DNA of 64,000 nt, from NCBI GenBank assembly GCA_964525755.1, contig CAZGIK010000003.1, positions 50,279 to 114,278 of the forward strand. The letters run 5' to 3'. Both the position numbers and the translations under genes were made by a program. This stretch comes from an uncultured Verrucomicrobiota bacterium (lineage in GTDB: Bacteria > Verrucomicrobiota > Verrucomicrobiia > Limisphaerales > UBA9464). Positions 47,779 through 56,770 of the stretch are shown here, one piece after another. Within the stretch, counting starts at the first letter, position 1. The number at the start of each line of letters is the position of its first letter. The notes below the pieces were generated by a model. It was not told where the DNA came from. It saw only the letters and a program-made list of their open reading frames with translations, and did no database searches.

Positions 47779-49026
47779 TCATCGCCGGGAGACGGTCGGT
47801 CGTCGGCGAACGTGGATGGCCTTGAGGTAGCGGGCTTCGGGGAAGGTGGCGGGATGGTCGGGTGCGTGGCCGGTCACGCGAACCTCCGTCCAGCCCCCGC
47901 CGGGAAGACCGAGCGCCCGCCGCACGGCGCCCAGGAACTCCTCCTCGGTGACATGGGCCGAGCACGAGGCGGCGACGAGCCAGCCCCCGGGACGTACCCG
48001 GCGGGCGCAGTCGGCCGCCAGGCGTCCGTAGGCGGCGATCGCCCCGGTGCGTTCGGTCTCGCGCCGGGCCAGCGAGGGCGGGTCGCAGACGACGACGTCG
48101 AACGAGCGCCGCGGACCGGTGGCCAGCCAGGCGAAGGCGTCGGCCTGGACGGTCTCATGGACGGCGCGGGCCACCGAGGGGTCCTCGGCGTTCAAGGCGA
48201 AGTTCGCCCGGGCGGCGGCGAGGGCGTGGGGACTGAGGTCGAGGTCGGTCACCCGGATCGCACCGCCACGGGCCGCATGGAGCGAGAACCCGCCGCTGAA
48301 GCTGAAGGCGTTCAGGACCTCGGCGCCCGAACTCATCCCGCCCACGAGGCGGCGGTTGTCGCGCTGGTCGAGGAAGAACCCCGTCTTCTGGCCCCGGACA
48401 ACATCGGAACGGAACCGCAGCCGGTCCTCGGTGAAGACGACCGACTCCGCGGTGTCGGTGCCGATGAGGTTGGAGCCGTCCTGCCAGCCGTCGGCGGTGT
48501 CCGGGGTCTGTGCGTTGCGGCTGAGCCGGAGCACCACGCGTCGGCCGTCGCCGAGTTCCGTCAGGTGTCGGCGCAGCCTGGGGAGCCAGGGACGCCACGC
48601 GGTGGTGTAGAGCTTGAGCACCCAGGTGTCGGCGTACTGGTCGAGCACCAGCCCCGGCCAGCCGTCGCTCTCGCCGTTCACCAGCCGGCAGCCGTTGGTC
48701 GCGGCATCGAGGATCCCCGCACGCCTTCCGAAGGCCGCGGTCCATCGCTGGATCCACCAGGCGTCGTCGACTGTCACCGGGCTTCCCGTGTGGAGGATCC
48801 GGAGGCGGATGGGAGACGCGGGGTCGAACAGGGCGAGGGCGAGGAAGCGGTCGTGGCGGTCGTACACGACGGCGATTTCCCCGGGGTCGCCGGGCCGGTT
48901 CAGGGAACGGATCCGGTCGGCATAGACCCAGGGATGTCCCGAGTGCACCGCCCGTTCGGCCGCCGGCGTCAGCCGCGCCCGCAGTCGGGGGCGGGCGGGC
49001 GGGGGCGGGCCGGCGTCGGGATTCAT
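47779..49026 (-). CDS. rlmI: RlmI-like class I SAM-dependent rRNA m5C methyltransferase
   Basis: GHPWVY; RLVNGESDGWPGLVLDQY; GQKTGFFLDQRDNR; VLNAFSFSGGF; VVCDPP; ASCS; PEARYLK. Confidence 0.85.
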   Translation of the reverse strand: MNPDAGPPPPARPRLRARLTPAAERAVHSGHPWVYADRIRSLNRPGDPGEIAVVYDRHDRFLALALFDPASPIRLRILHTGSPVTVDDAWWIQRWTAAFGRRAGILDAATNGCRLVNGESDGWPGLVLDQYADTWVLKLYTTAWRPWLPRLRRHLTELGDGRRVVLRLSRNAQTPDTADGWQDGSNLIGTDTAESVVFTEDRLRFRSDVVRGQKTGFFLDQRDNRRLVGGMSSGAEVLNAFSFSGGFSLHAARGGAIRVTDLDLSPHALAAARANFALNAEDPSVARAVHETVQADAFAWLATGPRRSFDVVVCDPPSLARRETERTGAIAAYGRLAADCARRVRPGGWLVAASCSAHVTEEEFLGAVRRALGLPGGGWTEVRVTGHAPDHPATFPEARYLKAIHVRRRPTVSRR

Positions 49027-49781
49027 GGGGCGTCCGCCGTGTCCTGCAGCGAGGCGAGGACCGCCGGATCCCGGACATCGACCCAGCGTCCCTCGATCCG
49101 GAGCCCGGCCACCCGGAGCCCGGCGTCGACCATGGCGATGAGGGCGTCGGTCAGCTCGAACTCCCCGCGGGGTGAGCGCTGGAGACGGGCGGTGAAGTCG
49201 AAAAGGCGGGGCCGGAAGATGTAGATCCCGGCGTTGTACCACACCGGTTGCCCGGGCCGGGGCCAGCCATCCGCCCGGAGCGCGTCGAGCTGGGCCGGCG
49301 AGGGCTTCTCGACCAGCCGGGTGAGGCAGAAGGCGTCGTCGAAGAAATTCAGCCCGCCCTGGGTGACGTCCTGTCCCTCGGTGACGGTCACCAGGGCCTC
49401 GAACGGCCCGCCCCGCCAGCGGGCGACCATGTCCTGGTAGGTCTGTGGGCGGACGAGGATGTCGCCGTAGGTGAGGAGGAAGTCGTCGGTTCCGACGAAC
49501 TCCCGGGCCAGTTCCGGCGCCTTGCCCGTTCCGTCCTGGACCTCCTGGCGGGCGTAGGCGAGGCGCATGCCGATGCGGGAACCGTCGCCGAAGTGGTTCT
49601 CGATCACCTCCGCCCGCCATCCGGTGATGAGGCAGGCCTCGTGGATGCCGGCGTCGCGGAGGCCTTCCAGGATGTGCTCCAGGATGGGCCGCCCCTGGAC
49701 CGGCAGCATGGGTTTGGGAAGGTCGCTGGTGAGGGCACCCATGCGGGTGCCCTTTCCGGCGGCGAGGAGGACGGCCTTCAT
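49023..49781 (-). CDS. Sugar-phosphate nucleotidyltransferase family protein
   Basis: MKAVLLAAGKGTRMG..PKPMLPV.GRPILE; YGD; LVEKP; SPRGEFELTDA. Confidence 0.88.
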   Translation of the reverse strand: MKAVLLAAGKGTRMGALTSDLPKPMLPVQGRPILEHILEGLRDAGIHEACLITGWRAEVIENHFGDGSRIGMRLAYARQEVQDGTGKAPELAREFVGTDDFLLTYGDILVRPQTYQDMVARWRGGPFEALVTVTEGQDVTQGGLNFFDDAFCLTRLVEKPSPAQLDALRADGWPRPGQPVWYNAGIYIFRPRLFDFTARLQRSPRGEFELTDALIAMVDAGLRVAGLRIEGRWVDVRDPAVLASLQDTADAP

Positions 49782-49839
49782 GGCGGGGTGCGGGAGGGGC
49801 AGGCCGTGGAGGCGGTCGGCGGGGAGCTGCGGGGAGCGG

Positions 49840-51069
49840 TCAGGCCCCGAACTTGTCGAACATCTTGGCGTTCGCCTGCATGAGGCGGATCAGGTACTTC
49901 GCCTCGAAGATCCCCAGGGAGCCGGAGTTCGCACCCGTCTCGGTGAACCGGTCCAGCTTGTCATGGCCGCTGTAGGCGGAGTGGAGGAGGACCGGCTGCG
50001 GATGCCAGGAGTGGCCCTTGACCGCGCACGGGGTGGAGTGGTCGCCGGTGATGGCGAGCACGTCCGGCTTGCGGGCGAGCAGCACGGGCAGGGCGGCGTC
50101 GAACTCCTCGATCGCCTTCACCTTGGCGGCGAAGTTCCCGTCCTCGCCGGCCTTGTCGGTGTACTTGAAGTGGATGAAAAAGAAGTCGTGGTCGTCGTAG
50201 AGCCGGACATAGTGCTCGAACTGCTCCCGGATCGTCTGGGCGCCCTCGACGATCGTCATGCCGACCAGTTGGGCGAGGCCCTTGTACATGGGGTACACGG
50301 CGAGGGCGGCGGGGCGGAGCTGGTAGCGTTCCTGGAAGGTGGGGATGGCCGGCTGATGGGCGATGCCGCGGAGGAGGAAGCCGTTGGCCGGGCGCTCGTT
50401 CTTCAGCACCGGCAGGGCGGCCTTGTAGAAGTCGGCGATCAGCTTCGCGACCTTCTTCTGGCCGGCGTTCGATGCCTGGACCGGCTTGGCGGCGGCGATC
50501 GGGAGGCCCTCGCGGTTCGGGTCGGTGTCGGTGAGGGGGCCCTCGAGGCCGGCGCCGCGGAAGATGACCACGAAGCGGTGTTCCTTGCCCGGGGTGATGA
50601 TCACCTGGGTGGTGCCGATCTTCTTGATCTTCGCGGCGAGCAGGGCGCAGAGGCGTTCGCAGGTCTCGGTGGGGATCCGTCCGGCGCGGCGGTCGGTGAC
50701 CAGGCCCTTGTCGTCGAGGGTGCAGAAGTTGGCCCGGGCGCAGACGTCGCCCGCCTTGAGTTCCACGCCGAGGCCCAGGGCCTCGATCACGCCCCGGCCG
50801 ACCTCGAACTCGAGCGGGTCGTATCCGAAGAGGGCGAGGTGGCCGGGGCCGCTGCCCGGGGTGATGCCCGGGGCGACGGGGATCATGCGCCCCTGGGCCG
50901 AGCCGCTGCGGTTGAGGGCGTCGAGGTTCGGGGTGCGGGCCGCCTCCAGCGGGGTGAGGTTCCCGTGGGCCGCCGTGGCGATGTCGCCCAGTCCGTCCAG
51001 CACCACCAGCACCAGCTTGGCACCGGTCTGGATCGTCAGCTTCGAATACATCGCGTCGAGGTTGCTCAT
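49840..51069 (-). CDS. apgM: 2,3-bisphosphoglycerate-independent phosphoglycerate mutase, ApgM type
   Basis: VVLDGLGD; TPLEAARTPNLD; PGSGPGHLALFGYDP; TDKAGEDG; ITGDHSTP..HSWHPQP. Confidence 0.93.
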   Translation of the reverse strand: MSNLDAMYSKLTIQTGAKLVLVVLDGLGDIATAAHGNLTPLEAARTPNLDALNRSGSAQGRMIPVAPGITPGSGPGHLALFGYDPLEFEVGRGVIEALGLGVELKAGDVCARANFCTLDDKGLVTDRRAGRIPTETCERLCALLAAKIKKIGTTQVIITPGKEHRFVVIFRGAGLEGPLTDTDPNREGLPIAAAKPVQASNAGQKKVAKLIADFYKAALPVLKNERPANGFLLRGIAHQPAIPTFQERYQLRPAALAVYPMYKGLAQLVGMTIVEGAQTIREQFEHYVRLYDDHDFFFIHFKYTDKAGEDGNFAAKVKAIEEFDAALPVLLARKPDVLAITGDHSTPCAVKGHSWHPQPVLLHSAYSGHDKLDRFTETGANSGSLGIFEAKYLIRLMQANAKMFDKFGA

Positions 51070-51129
51070 AGGCGGCGGCGAAAATGGCGGGGTGGCCCGG
51101 GGCGGTCAACGCTCCGGGTGGGCGCCCGA

Positions 51130-51687
51130 TCAAGGAGCGGCCATTGCGAGGATCAGCGGCCGACAACGACGGAAAGAGGCCTCGATTTCCGGGAATGGGG
51201 GGACGAGCGCCTGTTCCATGGCATCTGCGAGACAGGTTCGCGGGATCCGATCGGTCTCGATCAGGTAGCGGGCGTCGGCAAGGTCGAGCTCATCCAGGCC
51301 GCGCATCATCTTCGTCAGGACCAGGTCCACGGTCGCCGGACGCCATAGCTCGAGCCAGCGGGTCGCCGGCCGCGGGAGGCGGACGAGGTGGTCTTCCCAA
51401 CACCGGCGCAGGATCACCATGTCGGCCGGGAAGAGATGTGTGATGTACAGACCTTCGGACTGGAGGTTCCGATTTGTCTGGTCCTGTGCCGCCCAGAATC
51501 CGTCATCCGCGGTCAGTGCCTCGGTCTGGCTCATGGGGATGATGGCATCGACATCCAGTGACCTGGCGATGGAGTCCGGCGGTGTTGGGAATCCCAACTG
51601 GATCGCTGCCCGGCCGTAGAGGATCAGCCGGACGGGGTGATCGAGATGCCCGTCGAGGGTGGTCAGGATTCGGGAGGCGTTGTCCAT
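51130..51687 (-). CDS. Predicted nucleotidyltransferase (DUF6036/AbiEii-like), candidate toxin
   Basis: LILYGRAAIQLG..RSLDVDAII (G..DxD NTase motif); DLVLTKMMRG.DELDLADARYL. Confidence 0.68.
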   Translation of the reverse strand: MDNASRILTTLDGHLDHPVRLILYGRAAIQLGFPTPPDSIARSLDVDAIIPMSQTEALTADDGFWAAQDQTNRNLQSEGLYITHLFPADMVILRRCWEDHLVRLPRPATRWLELWRPATVDLVLTKMMRGLDELDLADARYLIETDRIPRTCLADAMEQALVPPFPEIEASFRRCRPLILAMAAP

Positions 51688-52193
51688 CGGTCGGGGCTGG
51701 GTCGAATCCACTGGGCGCGTGTTCCCCGTCCGGCGCGGGTCCACCCGGTCATGGCGACGAATCGTGTCGGGTGGGGCAGGATGCCCTCCGGCACGTCGGG
51801 TGCCTTGGGCAAGAGGTCGATCAGGCGGGTCCAGAAGGGGTTGTCCGGCTCGAACTGGTGTCCGGCCCGAGCCACTGCGGCGAGCATCGCCTCGCAGCGC
51901 TCCATTCGGGCGAGGCGGGCGAGGATCGCCGGGTCGTTGCCCGCCGCCGCCACCATGGCAGCCCCCATGCGAAGGGCTTCCGGCGACCACTCGATACCGC
52001 CGTGCAGCAGGGCGATCGCCAGTTCCTCGTTTGAAACACGTTCCGGTCCCGGGTCCTGTGGGGCGTCCCCGGCCGCTCCGGCGTAGTAACGGCATCCCCG
52101 TCCGACGGCGAGGGCCATCAGGTTCTGCGCTCCGCCCAGCCCCCTGCCCCCGAGCTTGCGAAGCAGTGGGGACAGGTGTTCGGTCGTTCCCAT
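51663..52193 (-). CDS. Hypothetical protein overlapping the nucleotidyltransferase start, candidate antitoxin
   Basis: 176-aa ORF (SNEELAIALLH..ILPHPTRFV.MTG) whose 3' end overlaps the downstream gene by 25 nt. Confidence 0.62.
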   Translation of the reverse strand: MGTTEHLSPLLRKLGGRGLGGAQNLMALAVGRGCRYYAGAAGDAPQDPGPERVSNEELAIALLHGGIEWSPEALRMGAAMVAAAGNDPAILARLARMERCEAMLAAVARAGHQFEPDNPFWTRLIDLLPKAPDVPEGILPHPTRFVAMTGWTRAGRGTRAQWIRPSPDRWTTPPES

Positions 52194-52410
52194 ACGACGG
52201 CTCGTGGTCACCACCCCCGGATCCTAGTGCTCCCGGATGCCATGCTCAATCCCCGCCCCCTGATGCGGGTCCGGCAGACCCGCTGCAGCTGGATCGGGCG
52301 TGGCAGCGAGTTCCCGTCCGCAGCAGCCTCGTCCTTTGTGTCATCCCCCCCGGGGCGGTCAACAGAGGGGTTGCCATCGGACCGCCGCGGCCCATGGTGG
52401 GGTTCCTGCG

Positions 52411-53364
52411 ATGAGTTCGTGCGCCGTTTCCGCCCCGTCCGCCGCCGGCACCCCGGCGGTTTCCCCGATCCCTCTGGTCCCGCGTCCGCGCCTGCCGGAG
52501 TGGCTGAAGGTCCAGTTGCCCACCAGCAGCGCCTTTGTCCGCACCCGTGCCCTGCTGGGCGACCTCCGGCTGAACACGGTGTGCGAGAGCGCGAAGTGCC
52601 CGAACCACTGGGAGTGTTGGAGCCGGGGGACGGCCACCTTCATGATCGCGGGCGACCGTTGCACCCGGGCGTGCGGATTCTGCGCGGTCGACACCGCCCG
52701 TCCGCTGCCGCTGGACCCGGGCGAGCCCGGGCGGGTGGCCGAGGCGACCCGGCGGATGGGTCTGAAGCACGTCGTCATCACGGCGGTGGCCCGGGACGAC
52801 CTGGCCGACGGCGGGGCGGCCCATTTCGAGTCCACCATCGCGGCGGTGCGGGAGCTGAATCCGGGGATCGTGGTCGAGGTGCTCACGCCGGACTTTCTGG
52901 ATCGTGACGCGGCGCTCGACCGGGTGCTGGCGGCGCGGCCGGACATCTTCAACCACAACCTCGAGACCGTGCGCCGCCTCACGCCGTCGGTCCGGCACCG
53001 GGCCACCTACGACCGTTCCCTGACCGTCCTGCGCAAGGCGAAGGAGCGCGGCGGTTCGGGGATGCACACCAAGTCCGGGATGATGCTGGGACTGGGGGAG
53101 CATCCGGAGGAGGTGCGGGAGTCGATGGCCGACCTCCGGGCGGCGGGGGTCGACATCCTGACGCTGGGCCAGTACCTGCAGCCGACGCGGCAGCATCTGC
53201 CGGTGGTTTCCTTCGTTCCCCCGGCGGTGTTCGACGAGTACCGGATGCTGGGGGAATCCATGGGATTCGTCCACGTGGCGAGCGGGCCTCTGGTGCGGAG
53301 CTCGTACCACGCCGACGAGTTCCAGCCGGGGATCGCGGCCGGGGAGCCCGCGGAACGGGCCTAG
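52411..53364 (+). CDS. lipA: Lipoyl synthase
   Basis: RLPEWLK; TVCESAKCPNHWECW; GDRCTRACGFC; FNHNLETV; GQYLQP; GPLVRSSYHA. Confidence 0.96.
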   Translation: MSSCAVSAPSAAGTPAVSPIPLVPRPRLPEWLKVQLPTSSAFVRTRALLGDLRLNTVCESAKCPNHWECWSRGTATFMIAGDRCTRACGFCAVDTARPLPLDPGEPGRVAEATRRMGLKHVVITAVARDDLADGGAAHFESTIAAVRELNPGIVVEVLTPDFLDRDAALDRVLAARPDIFNHNLETVRRLTPSVRHRATYDRSLTVLRKAKERGGSGMHTKSGMMLGLGEHPEEVRESMADLRAAGVDILTLGQYLQPTRQHLPVVSFVPPAVFDEYRMLGESMGFVHVASGPLVRSSYHADEFQPGIAAGEPAERA

Positions 53365-53395
53365 CCCGGGCTGGCCCGGGCCGGGTGTGCGGCTC

Positions 53396-54562
53396 CTACT
53401 CCGTGGCCGGGGCGTCGGTCGGGGCCGGTCCGAGGGTCAGGTCGACCAACTCGCCCGGCAGGACCCGGAATCCGCCGGGGATGGCCACGAGGATGGGGAG
53501 TCCGTATTCGGCCGACGGGCTGGCGGCGGGCCGGATGGGATCGATCGAGAGGGTGCCGCCGGGCCGTGGGGGCAGGAGTTCGGGGAGGATGGGTTCCAGC
53601 TGGGTGCCGGTGCGGAGGATCTCGGAGTCGGCCGACTGCCCGGAACGGCCGCGGCTCCGGAGTCGGACCTTCTGTCCCGGGACCGGCTCGGTGGTGAACG
53701 GTTGCCGGAGGTAGGCCACGATGTGCTGGGAGCGGTCGGCGCTGATGGTGAGGATCGGCTCCCCGGCGAGGACGTTCTCGCCGTCGTGCCGATGGACCAT
53801 GCTGACGAACCCGTCCATGGGGGCGAGCAGGGGCACGGGACGCAACTGGATCTCGATGGCCTCGAGGGCGCGCTCCTCGACCGCGAGGGCGGCGCGGACC
53901 GAGCTGGGGAGGTCGGCGTCGATCTTCCGGCTGTTCGGCTCGAACTCCGCCATCGCCCGGGCGAGTTCATCGACCAGGACCGTCTGTTCGGCGACCTGGT
54001 CGCGGAGTGAGTCGCGGTCGCGCTCGGCGACCTGGACATCGAAGATGGAGGCGACGGGGAACGGGGTGCCGTTGGTGGTCTGGAGGTTCCGGACCCGATC
54101 CAGCTCGAACTCCTGGAATGCCAGCTGGGCCCGCAGGTCGGCCAGTTTCACCCGGTCGCGCATCCAGTCGAGGCGGAGGTTGAGGTAGTTGATCTCGTTG
54201 TTGTCGCGGCGGAGGCGCGGTTCGATGGCGGTGCGGGCGAGTTCGATCCGGGCCTTGCTCAGTTCCGCCTGGGCCTCGACCAGGCGGGGGTCCGCGAGGA
54301 TCAGTTCGGCCACCGCCTGTCCGGCGGCCACCTGTTCCAGGGGGGCGACCAGCACCCGGGTGAGGCGTCCCGGCACCGTGCTGCTGACCAGGGTGCGACG
54401 GCTTTCCGCCTCGCCCACGATCGCGGCCGGTCCCTCATAGGAACGCCACTGGAACACCACCAGGGTGACGAGGGCGGCGAACACCAGGAACGGGACCACG
54501 TTGACACGGATCTCCCGGAAGATCGTGCCCGGCGGGCTGGGGATGGGGGGGAGGCGTTCCAT
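53396..54562 (-). CDS. HlyD-family periplasmic adaptor (membrane fusion) protein
   Basis: N-terminal TM helix; lipoyl half VSSTVPGRLTRVLV..VAAGQAVAEL; coiled coil; LLAPMDGFVS..GENVLAGEPILTI; ends GELVDL. Confidence 0.82.
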   Translation of the reverse strand: MERLPPIPSPPGTIFREIRVNVVPFLVFAALVTLVVFQWRSYEGPAAIVGEAESRRTLVSSTVPGRLTRVLVAPLEQVAAGQAVAELILADPRLVEAQAELSKARIELARTAIEPRLRRDNNEINYLNLRLDWMRDRVKLADLRAQLAFQEFELDRVRNLQTTNGTPFPVASIFDVQVAERDRDSLRDQVAEQTVLVDELARAMAEFEPNSRKIDADLPSSVRAALAVEERALEAIEIQLRPVPLLAPMDGFVSMVHRHDGENVLAGEPILTISADRSQHIVAYLRQPFTTEPVPGQKVRLRSRGRSGQSADSEILRTGTQLEPILPELLPPRPGGTLSIDPIRPAASPSAEYGLPILVAIPGGFRVLPGELVDLTLGPAPTDAPATE

Positions 54563-54563
54563 G

Positions 54564-55259
54564 TCAGACCTCCGATTCCTCCTCGGCCCGAAGGCTGGTC
54601 ACCCGGGACACCCCGGGGAAGGACTTCACCTCGGTCATCAGCTCGTCCATGCGGCCGGCGTCGCGGAGCAGGAGCCGGTAGGAGAGGTCCGCGCCGTCGT
54701 GGCCCTGGGCGCTCCGCTGGCTGGCCACCACCGTGCGGCGTGCGTGGCGTTCCAGCAGGAGGGCCAGGTCGGGGAGTTCACCCAGCGGACGTCCCCAGTG
54801 CAGGTTCAGGATCAGGTCGAACCGGTGCCGGCTGCCGAACTGGGTCCAGTGCAGGTAGAGCATCAGGAGGGCGAACAGGGCGCTGCCGATGACCGCCGTG
54901 CCGAACTTCCGGGTCCCGGCCGCCATGCCGATGGTGATGCTGGCGAGGATGTAGCTGGTGTCGAGGGTGTCGCGGAGGATGTTCCGGAAGCGGACGATGG
55001 CGAACACGGCCATGAGGCCGAAGGCGATGAGGAGGTTGTTGGCCATCACCATCATCACCAGGGCGACGATCACACAGAGGACCACCAGCGAGTTGACGAA
55101 CGAGCGGGAGTAGCTGAGGCCGGAGTGGCAGATCATGTAGATCCAGGCCACGACGTGCCCGCACAGGAACGCGATCAGGAGGCCCAGCACCATGCCGCGG
55201 ACGTCGTCCGGTGCGGTGCCGAAGTTGGCGCGGGTGATCCAGTCCATGGTGTTCCCCAT
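54564..55259 (-). CDS. DUF4956 membrane protein
   Basis: YSRSFVNSL; AFGLMAVFAIVRFRNILRDTLDTSYIL..IGMAAG; ACT-like C-terminus. Confidence 0.9.
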   Translation of the reverse strand: MGNTMDWITRANFGTAPDDVRGMVLGLLIAFLCGHVVAWIYMICHSGLSYSRSFVNSLVVLCVIVALVMMVMANNLLIAFGLMAVFAIVRFRNILRDTLDTSYILASITIGMAAGTRKFGTAVIGSALFALLMLYLHWTQFGSRHRFDLILNLHWGRPLGELPDLALLLERHARRTVVASQRSAQGHDGADLSYRLLLRDAGRMDELMTEVKSFPGVSRVTSLRAEEESEV

Positions 55260-55262
55260 CGT

Positions 55263-56105
55263 TCAGGCCTCCTGGAGCAGCCCGGCGATCCGGTCCTGCC
55301 GCTCCTGGCGTCGCCGCTCCGAGGCGCCGTAGTCCAGCCCCGGGGGCAGCATCGGCCCCTCGCGCTGGAAGTGGTGTTCCCCCTTGGCGGCGATCCCGTC
55401 GGCGTACTTCGACGCGGATCCCTGCCGCAGGTTGAAGACGCGCACCATCTCCTTGAACCAGTCGGGGAACCGTCCGGTGAACTTGAGTTCGAGGATCACC
55501 AGGTTGCCGAACACGCGGCTCGGGTCGTCCATCCGGGCGCTGAATCGGGTGACGAACTCCGGGGAGATGAGGACGTTGCGGTCCATGGTGACGCGGACGG
55601 AGTTGTCCGACGGGCTGATCCATGCCTCCCGCTCATAGAAGACGTGGGCGGTGGGGGCGGCGCGGTCGCGCAGCATCAGCTGGACGAACCGCTGGATGGC
55701 GACGAGCTGCCGGGGGTCGCCCGAGACGAGGTCCTCCGGTCCCGGCAACTGTCCGGCCAGGACCGCCTCCACGGCCTGCCGCTTCACCCCGCCGCGCTGC
55801 TTCAGGATCGCCTCGTTCATCCGGCGCTTGATCTCGAAGTAGATCGGCGTGGTGGGGTTGTCCTCGTAGAACCGGAGACGCAACTTGTAGCGGTTCTTGT
55901 TGCCATTGATCGTCCCCCAGTAGATCGCCAGGTCGTCGGAGTCGAGATACAGGTTGTGGATCGTGTAGGAAAGGTTCGGCCGCCCCGCCCCGTACTCGTC
56001 GATCTCGAGGTACGAACGCACGAAGTCCCGGATCATCAGGGCGAGATCCTCCGGGATGACATACTTCAGCTCCCAGCGCTGAAGCTGCATCTGGTCTTCG
56101 GCCAT
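55263..56105 (-). CDS. VTC (polyphosphate polymerase)-domain protein, CYTH/TTM fold
   Basis: RWELKY; NLYLDS; RYKLRLRFY; FEIKRR; YEREAW; RVTMDRN; ILELKF; SKYADG. Confidence 0.9.
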   Translation of the reverse strand: MAEDQMQLQRWELKYVIPEDLALMIRDFVRSYLEIDEYGAGRPNLSYTIHNLYLDSDDLAIYWGTINGNKNRYKLRLRFYEDNPTTPIYFEIKRRMNEAILKQRGGVKRQAVEAVLAGQLPGPEDLVSGDPRQLVAIQRFVQLMLRDRAAPTAHVFYEREAWISPSDNSVRVTMDRNVLISPEFVTRFSARMDDPSRVFGNLVILELKFTGRFPDWFKEMVRVFNLRQGSASKYADGIAAKGEHHFQREGPMLPPGLDYGASERRRQERQDRIAGLLQEA

Positions 56106-56371
56106 TCTCTTACTTGGACTTCAGTCGGGTCTCCGGGCTGTGTGTGCTGTCGGCCATGCCCTCCTCGGGCTTCCGGGTTGCCGCCCAGACGTGACGCAAT
56201 CGACGCCAGACTGTCAAGCGGCCCTCCGGAAACGCAGTGCTGCGAAAGGAGGAGTCGACGGAAAGGACTTAGCAGTCGCCGTGCCGGTTGCCGGGGATGG
56301 GGCGGGGTATCGGTCCGGGATTGAATGGGTTGACCGGTATTCCGTCCGACGACAGGTTGATTCCACTTCAT

Positions 56372-56770
56372 ATGCGTACCCTGATCCCCCTTTCCCTCGT
56401 GTCCGGGCTCGCCCTCTGGGGCGGGTTGCGGGCGGCCGATGTCGACGTCAGCAAGCTCCCGCCGGCCTCCGGCAAGGCCGGGGTGACGTTCGAGAAGGAC
56501 ATCCGTCCCCTGTTCGAGAAGTCCTGCTTCAAGTGTCACGGGCCCGAGAAGCAGAAGGGGGATCTCCGACTCGACACCCTGGAGGCGACCCTGAAGGGCG
56601 GCGAGGGCGGCCCGAGCGTGGTGGCCAAGGACAGCGCCAAGAGCACGATCGTCCACACCGTGGCGCGCCTCGACGAGGACTATGCCATGCCTCCCGAGGG
56701 CAAGGGGGATCCGTGGACCAAGGAGCAGGTCGGCCTCCTCCGCGCCTGGATCGACCAGGGCGCGAAGTGA
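56372..56770 (+). CDS. Planctomycete-type cytochrome c domain protein
   Basis: Signal peptide; VTFEKDIRPLFEKSCFKCHG (CxxCH); KGDLRLD; AMPP; LLRAWIDQGAK. Confidence 0.88.
   Translation: MRTLIPLSLVSGLALWGGLRAADVDVSKLPPASGKAGVTFEKDIRPLFEKSCFKCHGPEKQKGDLRLDTLEATLKGGEGGPSVVAKDSAKSTIVHTVARLDEDYAMPPEGKGDPWTKEQVGLLRAWIDQGAK

Noticed and set aside
56220-56290. Possible riboswitch in the VTC/cytochrome intergenic region (two GAAA-containing segments)
   Set aside because: Could not match the conserved core of c-di-GMP-I or any other riboswitch by eye.
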